A DNA stretch of 64,000 bases, taken from assembly GCF_036321535.1 (NCBI RefSeq), contig NC_087453.1, positions 868,001-932,000 of the forward strand, in the 5' to 3' direction. Under the pieces are notes generated by a model. The model saw nothing but the letters and a program-made list of their open reading frames with translations, did not search any database and had not been told where the DNA came from. A program made the translations under genes and the position numbers. This DNA is from Camelus dromedarius (taxonomy: Eukaryota). Shown piece after piece: positions 50,631 through 62,187 of the stretch (the stretch's first letter is position 1; each line of letters begins with the position of its first letter).

Positions 50631-50779
50631 TCCCGCGAGATCGTGAGATCGCAAGCCGGCAGCCAATCAACTGCTCCCACGAGGGGGCGGGGCGCGGCGG
50701 CCGCCCGGAAGCGCGGAACTCTAGCTTCCGTCCTTGCGTACCCTCGCGGCGCCCTCGCTCTACGGATTGGCGCGAGAGT

Positions 50780-50909
50780 CAAAAGGCGTCGGCCGCCTCT
50801 GGGTAAGATGGCCGCCGTGGAGGCGTCGTTGTGGGGGAACTTCGCGCCAGGACGGCGACATCTGGACTGAGTCGGAGGCGGAGGTCCCAGCGTCCTTTCT
50901 GTCGTTTGT
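50780..50909 (+). other. DIDO1: Probable DIDO1 distal non-coding first exon (boundaries approximate)
   Basis: Divergent from GID8; candidate donor TGT|GTGAGT at 50909/50910. The identity comes from GID8-DIDO1 head-to-head synteny only; no DIDO1 coding sequence is in the window. Confidence 0.55.
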
Positions 50910-52379
50910 GTGAGTCTGAGGGCAGGGGGCGCGTGCGGGGTCAGGCGCCGGTGCTCCTCGCAGCCCCAAGGCGGGGTCCCTCCCGACCCAGCGCCTGCCT
51001 TCGCGCAAGCCTGGGAGGATCCGCCAGGGAGCGGCGGCCGGGAGCTCTCTGTTCCGATCGTTGGGGCGGCTCCGGGGCTACGCGATCGGGTCGCAGAACG
51101 CGCCCTCGCTCGCTGTCAGATGAGTCAACAGGGACGGGCCTGCCCTCGGGGAGCCCCCCGCCGGGAGCCCGGTGGTCCTTCGCGCGCGAGCTCCCCGCGG
51201 CCCGGGGCCCGGTGGTCTTTCCGCCCGTGGTTCCTAAGCCGCGCCGGCGTTGGGCAGGGGCTGCAGCCTTATGCGCCGGGGCCCCGAGGTGCTGCGTGCG
51301 GCCGCAGAGGCGCAGTATACACATTTGTGCTTTCACATGGTTCTTATTGTCCGTTTGTTGGAGTGGAATGCAGACTCAGAGCAGGGTTTCGTTTTCCCGC
51401 TGCTGGAGAGTAGAGTTAAAAGATTTTAGAGCTTTTCAGGCAGGAAATTGAGCCCTTTATCGGATGAAATCCGACGTCCTCCTGAATTGGAAGTCAGGGG
51501 TTAGATGGCTTCCTGTGATTGCTCAAAAGCGAACTAAATAACGTGAAAGTGGTGTTGGACTTCCGGCAGAAAGTTAAGTGCAACTCGGCAAATGGGTTTG
51601 ACAACGACGACTGATTACCGACATTTTCCGTTAGTGGAGTGAGTTAAATCTGCAGGTCCGAAGTTTGGGCACAAATCTACTTAAAATGCAGATGCCAGTG
51701 TGGTACTTGTCTGTAACATCCTGATCAAGGACTTAATCCCATAAACAACTTTAGATGCCAACTTCATAGTGCCCGTGGAGGTGCAGATTTTAAAAATTCT
51801 TTTCAAGGGTGAGCGAGCAGAAAGCAGAGTTCCGGTGCCCTAAGGCGCTAGAATGCTCGCGTCTGAAGGGGCTGCGGCTGTGCCTTCTCTGCGGGTCGGA
51901 GGTTGAGGCCTCTCCCCCAGAAAGCCGCTAGTCACCTGGTCCTGCCCATCCTTAATCCTGTCTGAAGACTGGCTGCTGTTTTGTTCCCAGCTCCTCCCTG
52001 AGAACGTTGAGGCTGTCCTCTCTGCTTCTTGAGTTGCCCCTCCCAGGGGTCCTGCCAGCTCCTTTCTGAAACCCACCCAGTAGGCAGGGTGATCTCTCCC
52101 GGTCCCTGCCCTCTTCACACCCGTCGGAGGACACCCTCCCAAAGTGAGCACGGCTGAGAGCCTCATCGCTCCTACTCTTTCTCTCTCCAACCCAGGTCTC
52201 AGATTCTCTCCCCTCTGGGTTCGCAGCACTGCCTGGGCTAACTCCCAGGAGCGGGGAGACCTTCCCTGACGAAGCAGGAGGTAGTGCCTCTCCTTTTGCT
52301 CACGTGGTACCCTAAACTGCCCTTTCGCAGCACATTACGTCCCTGATGCTGAACAGTGTGGCACAGCTCACCCCAGACG

Positions 52380-53500
52380 TGGATATCTGGGACGTGGCAC
52401 GAGTTCCACAGACACTTGTTGAGAAGATGGAGGAGTAGATGACTGAGTGGTGATGGGGACTTGACTAGAAGCAGTTTCAGCAGAAATGGACAAAGGGGGA
52501 AGTTAGCAGCCCTTGGTGGGCTGACAGTTTGTAGGGCAACAGAAGAGAAAGAAGTGGAAGATGAGCTCAATGGTGCAGCCTGGTTGGCGAGGTCGCGGTG
52601 GTGGCACCAACGGCAGAAGAACCATGAGGATGATGGGTGAGAGGAGGGGGAGGAACGGGGAAGAGTTCAGGTCGGCCTCTTGGAGTTTGAGGCACCCGTG
52701 GGACTGTCTAAAGCTGGTGGGAAAGGTGAGGCTGGGAGTGAAGGTTTTGTGGTAACACCTTGTGAGGGTTGATGAGCACTCAAAGAAAGTCCGTTGAGAG
52801 GAGGAGTGGACCAGGTCCAGAATCCACTGAGGGGATCCACCGGGGAAGCCCCGGGGCAGTTTCTAGCAGATGTGATCAGCAGTGTCGGGGCCAGCAGGCG
52901 GGGCACCTGGTGAACTTGGGCAGCGTCTGGTCATCATAGGGCAGTGAGCCCAGAGGGGCGAGGTGCCTGACAGAGGGGACCGGGCTGTGACTGGGCTAGC
53001 GGCCGCCGTGGGAGGAGTCAGCGGCTGGGATGATTACAGGCAGCACTGAAGCACAGGGGCTGGTGGCTGAGGCGGAGGGAGGCATGTCAAGGGGAATATC
53101 TGGGGGCAGTTGGGTTTACAGGGTGGGACCATGGCCAGAGGAGGCCTGGATGGATGGGGAGGTTCAGCAGTCAAGAGCTCCTTTTGCATGTCAGGTTTCC
53201 AGGTGCATTTGAGGCATTGGGTGGGGAGGTTAGGGGAGCAGGTGGAAAGGTGGTAGAGGCGAGCACAGCACGAGTGCAGGAGGACCCTGGGCCCGAGCCC
53301 TGAAGACCCCAGCGCACAGCGAGGTGTTTGGGGCATGTGTCGCTCTTCATCTGGGACAGTGAGCGGGTTGACAAGATTTCAGCCTGTGGGGTCGTGAACT
53401 GGCTTCTGGAAGGGAAAGAGGTGGGCCTGGGGCAGGGGGAGCAGCCAGGTGGCCAGAGCTTCTGCTGTTCTCCAAGCCCAGGGGGAGTTTCATCTTGACA
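52380..53500 (-). mobile_element. Degenerate L2 fragments
   Basis: Purine-rich, L2-like antisense tracts (ggtgatggggacttgactagaagcagtttcagcag; agagctccttttgcatgtcaggtttccaggtgc). Confidence 0.45.
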
Positions 53501-53526
53501 GATTAGCACGTTTTTCTCTCTTTGTT

Positions 53527-53606
53527 ATTTTTTTTTTTAATTGAGGTATAGTAGAGGTACAATATTATATGAGTTTCTGGTGAACAACATAGTGATTCAC
53601 AAGTTA
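53527..53606 (-). mobile_element. L1 extreme 3' tail (laurasiatherian type)
   Basis: ttttttttttaattgaggtatagtagaggtacaatattatatgagtttctggtgaacaacatagtgattcaca. Confidence 0.75.
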
Positions 53607-54477
53607 GCAGTTCTGTAAAGAGAGATGTTAAAGGCTTATTAGTTTTAAAAGAGCATAAAAGAGTTTTTTAAAAGGGAAATGCATTTTGAGAATAAAATAC
53701 ACAGTGCTTCTTTTAAACAAATCCTGGACTGCTCAACAAGCAGGCTACCACCCGTGTTTCACAGAACCACAGTATTTGGGGTGGTGTTTCTATCTTTCAA
53801 ACCCCAAAAGCATAAAATCAAACCCATACCCATTGGAGCCCTGCTTTCAAGGGGAGTTTTGGCAAAATCAAACCTGATTCTTGGGGTTAATGTATAAACT
53901 GCTCAGAATCATTACCACGAGTAGGCAATAAACTCCAAAAAGCCAATTTCCATAGCCTTAGTTTTTCACAGTATTCTGTCTTGAAATTCTGCGTGAAGAT
54001 GTTAAAGGGAGTAGGGAGACTTTTATTACTATTTAGTTCTGCCGCGTATATTCAGGTGCCATGAGTCTTGGCCTGCGAAGCCCGCGCACTGGGGTTGGAG
54101 ATGGCCTCCCTCCCCCGCCCCCCTTGCCTTTCTAGGCTCTACCGCAAAGTCAGGACGCACTGGTGTGTCACAGGTTTCTTTGGATGGATAAAAGCAAGAG
54201 TGATGTTTTTCTTATCTTTCAACTCCCGCAGAAGTTGTGACATAAAGTGGGGTGGTGTGGGGGCCGGCCGGGGGAGCACAGGCAGCAGGCCTGCCTGGCC
54301 GTTCCGGGCCCAGTCAGTGCACTGTTCGCAACCACTTCCTGTTGAGATGGTGGTTCCCTTCAGGCCTGGCTGGTGGGGACCTGATACATATGTTGCTGTA
54401 GACACAGGTACAGACAGATGTGCTCACACGTAAACAAAGAGCCCATACTGTGTAGCTGTGTGTCTGTGTGCGCTTTG

Positions 54478-54480
<3 letters not shown>

Positions 54481-54511
<31 letters not shown>
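54481..54511 (+). repeat. Poly(T)31
   Basis: 31 consecutive T. Confidence 0.95.
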
Positions 54512-54513
<2 letters not shown>

Positions 54514-57500
54514 CTGAGCCCGGCTATTCTGATCAGATGTCAATTTGGGAGGTAGAAGCGTTGAGTGAAAATGAGGCATCCTTTTCAATTGGTAACCACA
54601 TGTTCCTTTTTAAAAACACACTCTCAAAATTTTGTTTTTGCGTTTTTAACTTTAAAACCTTGTGTTTACTCTCTAAGTGCTTTTACTTTCCGTTGGAACA
54701 AAAGGAACTTCTGTCTGTCTGACCAGCTCCCAGGATTTTGCATTCCTCCGTACCATCGGAAAGGGCAGCTCTCTTGGGCTCCTGCCTTCTGTGGACAGGT
54801 TTGGGGGCTCTTGTTTCTCCTTGGATTTCTGCAGTTGAGAAGCACCTGGTCCAGTTGGGACCTCAAGACTGTTTTGGCATTGGAAGGGTGTTTTCTGGGC
54901 GTTCGTTTTGCTGAGGTCCGGAGTAGAGGCTTTTGGGCGCCCTGTGGAAGCTCCTGGTTGCTCAGCCTCTGCTGTCCTGGTTGGCAGTTCCTTCGGATGC
55001 GTTCTTTCTCACTTTCGCCATTCTGTTTTTGTGAGTCAGGCAAGAACAGGAATTTATACGTTACGTTTTTTTCTATTTTGGACAAATCCAGAAAGCTACC
55101 ATTAGACCTGACTTTCAGCAGTCTCTTACTTTTCAAGTATTGCATTTTGGGAAAAATAATCTATTAAATTGTAGCTGGTACGGTCGTAGCTGCCCCCTGC
55201 CCCTGCGGCCCCGCGGCCCCTGCTCCCAGCTGGCCTCAGAATGGGGACAGGTCTGCGGGCCTCGCCCTCGTCCTGGCACCGCTCTGTGAGGAGCGTGTGC
55301 AGGTGAACGGTGTGTTCAGGCACAACTATGTTACTCCTCAACTGCTTTTCTGTCAAAAGCTGTGAAGGCATTGATTTTCCTGCCCTTTTTATTTGGTGTG
55401 TTCCTTTGGAGATGGTTAGGAGATGAAGTCAACTAGAAAGGGAATACAGTTTTTATGCCTTGTATGTGTTAAAATTTCTTCTGAAATTAACTGCATTTAC
55501 TTTTTTCACTAAACTCGCAGGGGACAGAAGACGTCTCAGAGTAGCAGGACCATCCTAAGAGGCATGAATGACACACTGTGCTCCATGAGCGTGGTCCCTC
55601 TGGTGTAGGTGACAAGCTGGGGCTTTCTTACAGGAGAGGCGGCTCCTTGGATTTGCGTTTCTGTCTGAAGGGCTCTGGGAAGTGGTGGACGTGGGAAGGA
55701 CGCATCTAGCCCCGCTTCTTGCCGACGATCCGGGCCTCCCAGAGGTGGGGCGGCCTCGGAGCCACAGCGCTGCCGCTCCGCTCCCGCCGGTCACAGCACC
55801 AGGCCCTGCTGCTGCTGGCGAGCGGTGGCACTCCGTCCGCAGGGCCAGCTGCAGCACCCGCGTAGAGGGTTGCTGGGCACAGCGTGCCTGGGTGACCCCC
55901 TCCTCCCACCCTGTTCCCTCTCCTAATCTTTCGCATTTTCCCGTTTACGTATTCTTTTGTATAAAAGACAGAAGATTAGTATGGTTCTCATTTGCTCCTT
56001 TGACTAAGGAGCCCGTCACGTTCCACAGCTGACTTTCAGTAGGTCTTTGGGGTTGGATGCAAAGGTTAACTCCTAATTTTCACTCCCCCCCCCCACTTTT
56101 TTGTTTTTTTGTTTGTTTGGTGGCCCCTTTTCCATCCTGCCTGTTAGTCCCCCTGCCCTGCCTCAGAGCAGCGCCCAGCAGGATCCACGTAGTCCACGAA
56201 GTTGCCTTTCCAGCAGTGACGCACAGGTGTGGGATGGCCCTCGTGGTGGACAAACAAAGGTCTGCTTAGGAATGGGGACCTGTCTCCCATCGTGGGCAGC
56301 ACTGGTGGGCCAGTGACTTTACCAAAGGCAAAGGAGGACAGGAAAGTAGTTACTAGGTTACACTGCCAAAGACAGCAGCGGGCCCCACGGATGAGAGGGG
56401 CTTGGGTGAGCCGCAAGGGCGGGCGGGCAGGGTCTGTCATTGGGAGGAGGGGGCTGTGCACACGAGGAGTGGGGGCGGTGTGGTCAGACACGCACAGGTG
56501 TCTGACTGGTTGTGAGACCTGTAACAGGCTTCCTGACTGGTAAGGACAGGACGGAGACTTGTCTACCTAGGGTGTTGGGAGGCGGGCTGTTTCCTGCTGC
56601 AGTGGGTTTTGTTAGGGTAAACACAGGTCAAGAGATGTCTTTTATTTAATCCTGCAGAAATGCAGGTATGCGGGGTGGTCCTGCAGAGGGGAGTGGGGCA
56701 CCGAGGGCCCTGGGGTGGGGGTTCTCTAACTTGAAAGCAGCTTCCGAGAGCAGCAGCCGGTTTTGGCTTCACACTTTCTTTAGCGAGGGGCCAAAGCCTG
56801 GGACTTAGCTCTGCTCTGCTGGGGGTGGTCTCCAGCTTATGGCGAGACCTTTCAGCACTGGTCAGATGACAGGACTGTGCGTGTGGACGCACCTCCAGTT
56901 GGCTGCTAGCTGGCTGTACATAGTGTAAGAGTGATGCCAATTCATTCGTTGCTCAGAAAAAAAAAAAAGAAAATACAGTGGTTGATGCTTGTGTTAGTGA
57001 TAATAAAAAAACGCTAGGTTTATCTGTGTTGGGAACCTGCATTCTGTCCCCAGGGAGTGATGGGGGGTGTATTTTGTAATAATCTTTTCATTCACCTTGA
57101 TGGTTAAGAGTGCAGCCTCTGGGCGCCAGGCACCCTGGGGCCCTGGAACAGGGCAAGAGCAAAACTGAGGGGACAGCTGGTTGTCCTGAGAGGGCGGCTC
57201 CAGCCTGGTGAGCCCGCAGCCTGTGGTTTTCTGGCCTCAAGGATGCCTGTGTCTTTGCTCTACGCCAGGAACCCTCCAGCCCCTGACCACTGGGTCGGGG
57301 CCCCTGCAGTAGCCATTCTGGAAGAATCCTGTGGTTTTCCTCCAAACTGCTGACAGAGGCCAGGGAGGAGGAGCTAAGAGGGTCCCACGTTGACCTTGCC
57401 CCTTGGCCTCCCCTTCCCCTCTTGTCTCTCCTGCTCTGCCTCTGCCCTCCACCTCTGGCCTGGGTCTGAGTTTGAGTCCAGGTTCCCTAGGAACCTTGTC

Positions 57501-58946
57501 GGGGCCAGGCATCAGACCCACCCTCGACTTTGACCAGCAGGCCACTTCTCTGCCTGCCTGCCTGCCTTTGAATTCCAAATGAGAGGAACAATAAAGGTTT
57601 TACATTGTCCCTGCAAAGGGTGGAGCCTGTTGGGTCCTGCCTCACCTCTCAGGCCTCCAGGAGCTGGTGCCCTGCTTCGGGGGTTTCTTGTTGGGTCAGG
57701 TACTCTGCTCAGGACCCTGCTTTCCAATGGGCTTTAACTCAAGGAGAGGAGGCTGAACACAGGAAGGCAGTTTTTTAAAAGGATCACTGAGTTTTCTGAT
57801 GTGCTTTTCTGCTTTGATAAAGTTCCCAAATGTGTCTGTGAGGTGGGGCAGCGGGACCTGGTGTCTACACCTGCTGGTGACGCGCTTTTGTCAGAGACTG
57901 AAATCCCCGAGGGTGGAAGCCTGTGCGGCTTCCTGCTCCCTCCTGTTGTCAGCCCTCTGACCTTTGGGATTTGGCTTGCACACCTGGTGTATTTAGGAAA
58001 GAATCTGAGACAACCGGAGATTCCTTTTTAGTCTGTTTGCTCCTCTGAGTTCAGCTATGAAAAGTAAGTTTATTAGGAGGGAATATTTCTTAGCTAGTAG
58101 AGTTCAGGTGAAATGTACCCAAACTGCGCTTCCAGAAATGCCTTTTTCAGCAAGTGAGAGTGGCTCCCGTGAGGAGTGCAGACAGGTGAACTGGAATTAC
58201 CTGAGGAGGCCGAGGAGGCCGGAGTAGGGAGAGGGTGGCAGGGACCCCTCAGCCCGCAGGCCCAGGGTCATAGCCAGCTGCTGCTGAGAGGTTGCAAGCG
58301 GGAGGCACAGTTGTTGAGGGGGTGAGCAATTTCCTTTTACTGCGTAAGAGCCATCCTGAGGGTCACTGAGTGCTGTAATGACTGCAGGTGGGGCTTCCTG
58401 CAGCTCCTTTCCCTTCTGCCCACTTGCTTTTCCACCCCGAGCTGTCTCCTGCTTCCTCCTCCCGGCAGCTCTGCCTTTGGTGCCTTTCATCCCTCCGAGC
58501 ACCCACCTGGAGCCGCATCTCAGTGAAAATCTCACTTTGCAGAAGGGCATTGCTACTGGTTTCGCTTCTTTGAAGGATTTTCAGCTGAAGGGGCTGAGTC
58601 GGGTGTCCTCACTCCAGCTCCCATTTACGGAGCCCTTTGCAGGGGGTCCCCATGTGAGCTTTCCCCTACAGCCCAGCATGTGAGTCCCATTTTACAGACC
58701 ACTTGCCCGAGATCACACTGCTTGTTCAAGCCGGTTTCAGCTACTTCTGTCTGGTTTCTAGACTTCTCACTACACCTATCTGGGGCAAACCTGAAGACAG
58801 TCAAGGTGGAAGAGCAGTATTCATCCCTGCAAGATTTGATGAAGGTGGTCCTCATGGAATCCCACCAGCAGAGACAAGCCGTGCTATGTTCCTTTGAAGG
58901 AGAGTCTCTTTCAGAACCTAGCAGGCTATGGGGTCTTTAAGATGTT

Positions 58947-59401
58947 TGTCTAAAAGCACAGCCTGAATCAAGCTGAGAGTTACGTTTTATTCAGTAGATT
59001 TTCTTAGGACTCAAGTCCAGGACACAGCATCTCAGATCACTCTAAAAGGCTATTCCAAAGCAGCAAGGTAGAAGCCAGGATATATGTCTTTCCAACAAAG
59101 ACCCCCAGGTAGTCAGAACATCAAAAGATTACTGTTAATCAAAGAAAACCAGACACCTCAAGTTAAGGAATTTATCACTTTTCTCTATGTATGGGAAGGT
59201 GCAAAGGTCTGGGCTCCTTGAAATCATTCCTTTGATATGCACCTAGCTGTCCAGGGCCTGTATGCTGTTCTTTCTCATCCTGAGTTCCCTCCAGCTCACT
59301 GGGGCCGGAGGTGGAGGGGTGGGGGTGGCAGTAGCGGCTGATGACTCCACGGCCTCAGCATTCTTTGTTTACTGATACGGCTGCAATCTTTTTCACTCAC
59401 A
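58947..59401 (-). mobile_element. ERV1 solo LTR, MER41-like (cetartiodactyl type)
   Basis: Contains aacatcaaaagattactgttaatcaaagaaaaccagac and gaaatcattcctttgatatgcacc, recalled as MER41-family blocks; TG...CA ends; no TSD found. Confidence 0.7.
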
Positions 59402-59779
59402 CACACCTGCTCCCAGGCCCTGGTTCTCCTGCGTGGAAGCAGCTGGCAGGGCAGGAGTGCAGCTTTACTGCACACAGGGCAGTTTTCTGCTTTTTGCCCA
59501 GGGTTCCTGCTTCTAAGGAACGTGAGAGCAGGGAGCTGTAGAGGCAGTGATGGGGACAGAGGCCGGCCCTTGGTCAAGGAGTTAGTGTCCTCAGGGCTGG
59601 TTAGTGTCCCAAGGAAGCAGGTGATTCCCCTCTGAGGTCCATTTGCTGAGTATTTGGGGGCAGGCAGGTGCTGGGGTGTCACTCGTCAGCACTGAGTGAA
59701 GAAAATCCAGGGGGAGGGTTATCATCGGCCATAGCCCTTTCCTTGCAACCCTGGTGGCCCAGTGTGCCCAGTTGTGTGA

Positions 59780-60700
59780 GCTCGCCTCTTTGTAGCCGTG
59801 CTTCCGCGGAGGCCGGGCTCGACTCCCAGAGAAGCTGGGAACGCGGTCTGGTGGGAAAGGAGCGCTGTGCCTTGCTCCTATCCTCGTCCCGGCCCCTTCT
59901 GCCACAAAGTGGGCCCAGGGCGACCAGCCAACGGAAGCCCAGGCACTGTGCGCTCCCTCGGGATGGCCGTACCCACAGGGGCGCGCGGCGCAGGGCAGGG
60001 GCGGGGCCTGGGCCAGTCTCCTTCCTCCGCCCGCCGTGAGGGGGCGCTGCGCGGCGCGCGGCCGGTCCGTCTAGCTCCACGTCTCGGTGGCCGACGTCTT
60101 CCGCTCGCAGCGCGGGCGGCCCTTCTAGCCCCCCATCTCGGTGCCGGCGCCGTGCCCGCCCGCTCTCCTGTCCCCTCGCTCCGCGGCGCTTCGAGGGAAT
60201 GGCTGCGAAACTCTAGAGGCCTGCTGCCCGCGGTGAGTGGCGGCCGGGGCGGAGGGGCCGGCCGCCGTGGGGCCGCATCCGGACGGGCGGGGGCGGCGGC
60301 GCCCGGACCGAGCCCGCCCGGAGCCGCCGGGGCCGCGCCGGGCCGCGCTCCGCCGAGCGGAGAAGATGGCGGCGGCCGCGGGCCGGGGGGAGGGGCGGGC
60401 GGCGTGGGGGCGCGGGGCCCACTCCCGGGTCCGGCCGGGCCGGGCCGGGCCGCCGCGGGCGGTGCTCGCCGTCGCGTCTCAGCCTGGACGGGCCGAAGGG
60501 AGAGCGGGCACAGCGCGGCCCGGTGCCCCGCGGCGGCGGCGCGCGACCGGAGAGGGGGAGGGAAGCGCTTTTTCCTGGAAGTTCCGAGTCTGGCTGCATG
60601 GGCGCGGAAGTGATTCTGTTTCAAGTAACGGAGTAACGTAGAGTTGAATTCTCTCTTTAGTCCGGTGAGTTTCTCTAGACATCTTGCAGGAGGTGAAGTT
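59780..60700 (+). promoter_or_regulatory. DIDO1: Second CpG-island promoter with alternative non-coding first exon(s), probably DIDO1
   Basis: CpG-dense. Donors GCG|GTGAGT at 60232/33 and CCG|GTGAGT at 60664/65; YY1 AAGATGGCGGC at ~60363. Identity by synteny. Confidence 0.65.
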
Positions 60701-62151
60701 TCGTCTTAGAGGTTTTCTTTAAGGTGTGGTTCTGTTCGCTTTCAGGTAATTTCAGGCTTCTGATCGACTGCTCTTGTAAAGGCGAACATTACGTTAGTTG
60801 TGTGGTATTCGATGCAATAGGAAGCAAAAAAGAAGTTTGGAAAGTCGGTTTCGGTTTTTTTTTAAGACTGTGTGCCCAGCCGCAAAATACAGAATTTTGG
60901 GGTTTATTGCGTGACTTGTCAACTCGATGTGTGACATGATACCGATTTGTGCTGTGTTGCCCGCTGGTCATCCTGAAAGAGGGAAGGGGCAACTCTCACC
61001 TTCGACGGGAGGCGTGCCGGCCCTGCCGTCCGCTGTGGCATTCCCGCCCCACGTTTCGCGCTCTGTTCTCGGCGTCTCCCGCTCCCCCGCCCGCTTGGGA
61101 GACCCTGGGGGTCAGGACAGGTTTTCCTCCCTAGATCTGACCCCTCAGACAGTGGGCCTAGAGTTGGGGCCTTGAGACAGCAGCACACGAGGCAGGTTGA
61201 GGGTGCTCTGTAATTGGCGGTTAGCCGTAGATGGCAGCATCCGTGTCCTTTGCGCGCTGGTGGAGCGCAATTTGAGCCTGTCGGGCATTTTGAAGGCGAA
61301 AAGGCGAATAGTAAGACTTTTTCCCAAGTATGTTTACAAACCTCAGAGCAGCCGTAGATTGGTACAGGGGTTGGGTTGGGGGAAGCAGAGCCTCCAGTGG
61401 GCGTTCCACCAAGGTGGACCCTGTTCTGAGCAGTTGATGAGTGCAAATTCGTTTCGACCAGTAGGGTGATCGGTACCATTCTAGCCTCCAGGAAGGTGAA
61501 GCACCTGTAAGGAACTTGTCCAGGAACACACAGCTGAGTTCTAACTGGGCTGTTGGGCCAACCCCAGACAAATGTCCCATGATTTTCCTGGCGTGATGTA
61601 GTCCCTGGCTTAAACACGCTTCCAAGAAGGTGCTTTAGGCGTCTGTTTTAAGGAAATAAAATCAAGGACCTTTAAAAAGATTTCTCAGTTTACTCAGTGA
61701 ATACCAGAAAGGTGGCCTTCTCAGTCCTGGAGACAAGTGTAGTGGGGACTTGTGAGGGCCTCCTAGCTCCTTCATTGAAATCCAGTGTTGGCAGCCTTGT
61801 ACCCTGGAACCTAGAGCCCTTACTGGCACTTGGGTTTGGCATACACACACACCATCTCTATGACTAGCCCATTATTTTGCCATTTTTAACACAGCATAGA
61901 CAACCCAAATGTCACCTGAGAGGACCCAGCCCCAACCCTGTGGTGAAACTTTCTGCCTAACGCATTTCCTAAGTGCTGTTTCCTCCTTGCCTGTGTTCTT
62001 GTAGACTTATTTTAATAATGAGTAGGAATAATATGTATTTTTAATTTATTTCTGATTTTCCACCAAGAGTTGTCTTTTATTAGTTTTTGATTGAATTCGG
62101 GCTATTTCAAGCAAAGTGAGTTATGCTTTGATAAGAAAAGACATTATAATA

Positions 62152-62187
62152 GGCCCTATGTGTAATGGTTAGCACTCTGGACTCTGA
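62152..62187 (+). pseudogene. Tailless retrocopy of the 5' half of tRNA-Gln
   Basis: 27 consecutive nt (62161-62187) are identical to mammalian tRNA-Gln(CTG) as recalled. The copy ends just after the anticodon and is flanked by a degenerate duplication, ctttgataagaaaagaca / ctctgataagaaaggaca. Confidence 0.85.

Larger units (their letters stand above)
49980..51320. promoter_or_regulatory. Bidirectional CpG-island promoter GID8 (-) / DIDO1 (+)
   Basis: Very CpG-dense. TCCCGCGAGA 50631-40 (BANP/ZBED1-like), CCAAT 50663-67, GC box 50684-92, ETS CCGGAAG 50705-11 and CTTCCG 50725-30, ATTGG 50766-70, and YY1 motifs on both strands. Confidence 0.88.

Noticed and set aside
49979-50806. 275-aa Arg/Pro/Gly-rich ORF and other ORFs over the CpG islands (37461-38507, 59798-60624)
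   Set aside because: Expected stop depletion in very GC-rich DNA; low complexity, several overlapping frames, no recognisable domain.
62152-62187. Functional tRNA-Gln gene
   Set aside because: Only the 5' half is present; no B box or 3' acceptor strand.
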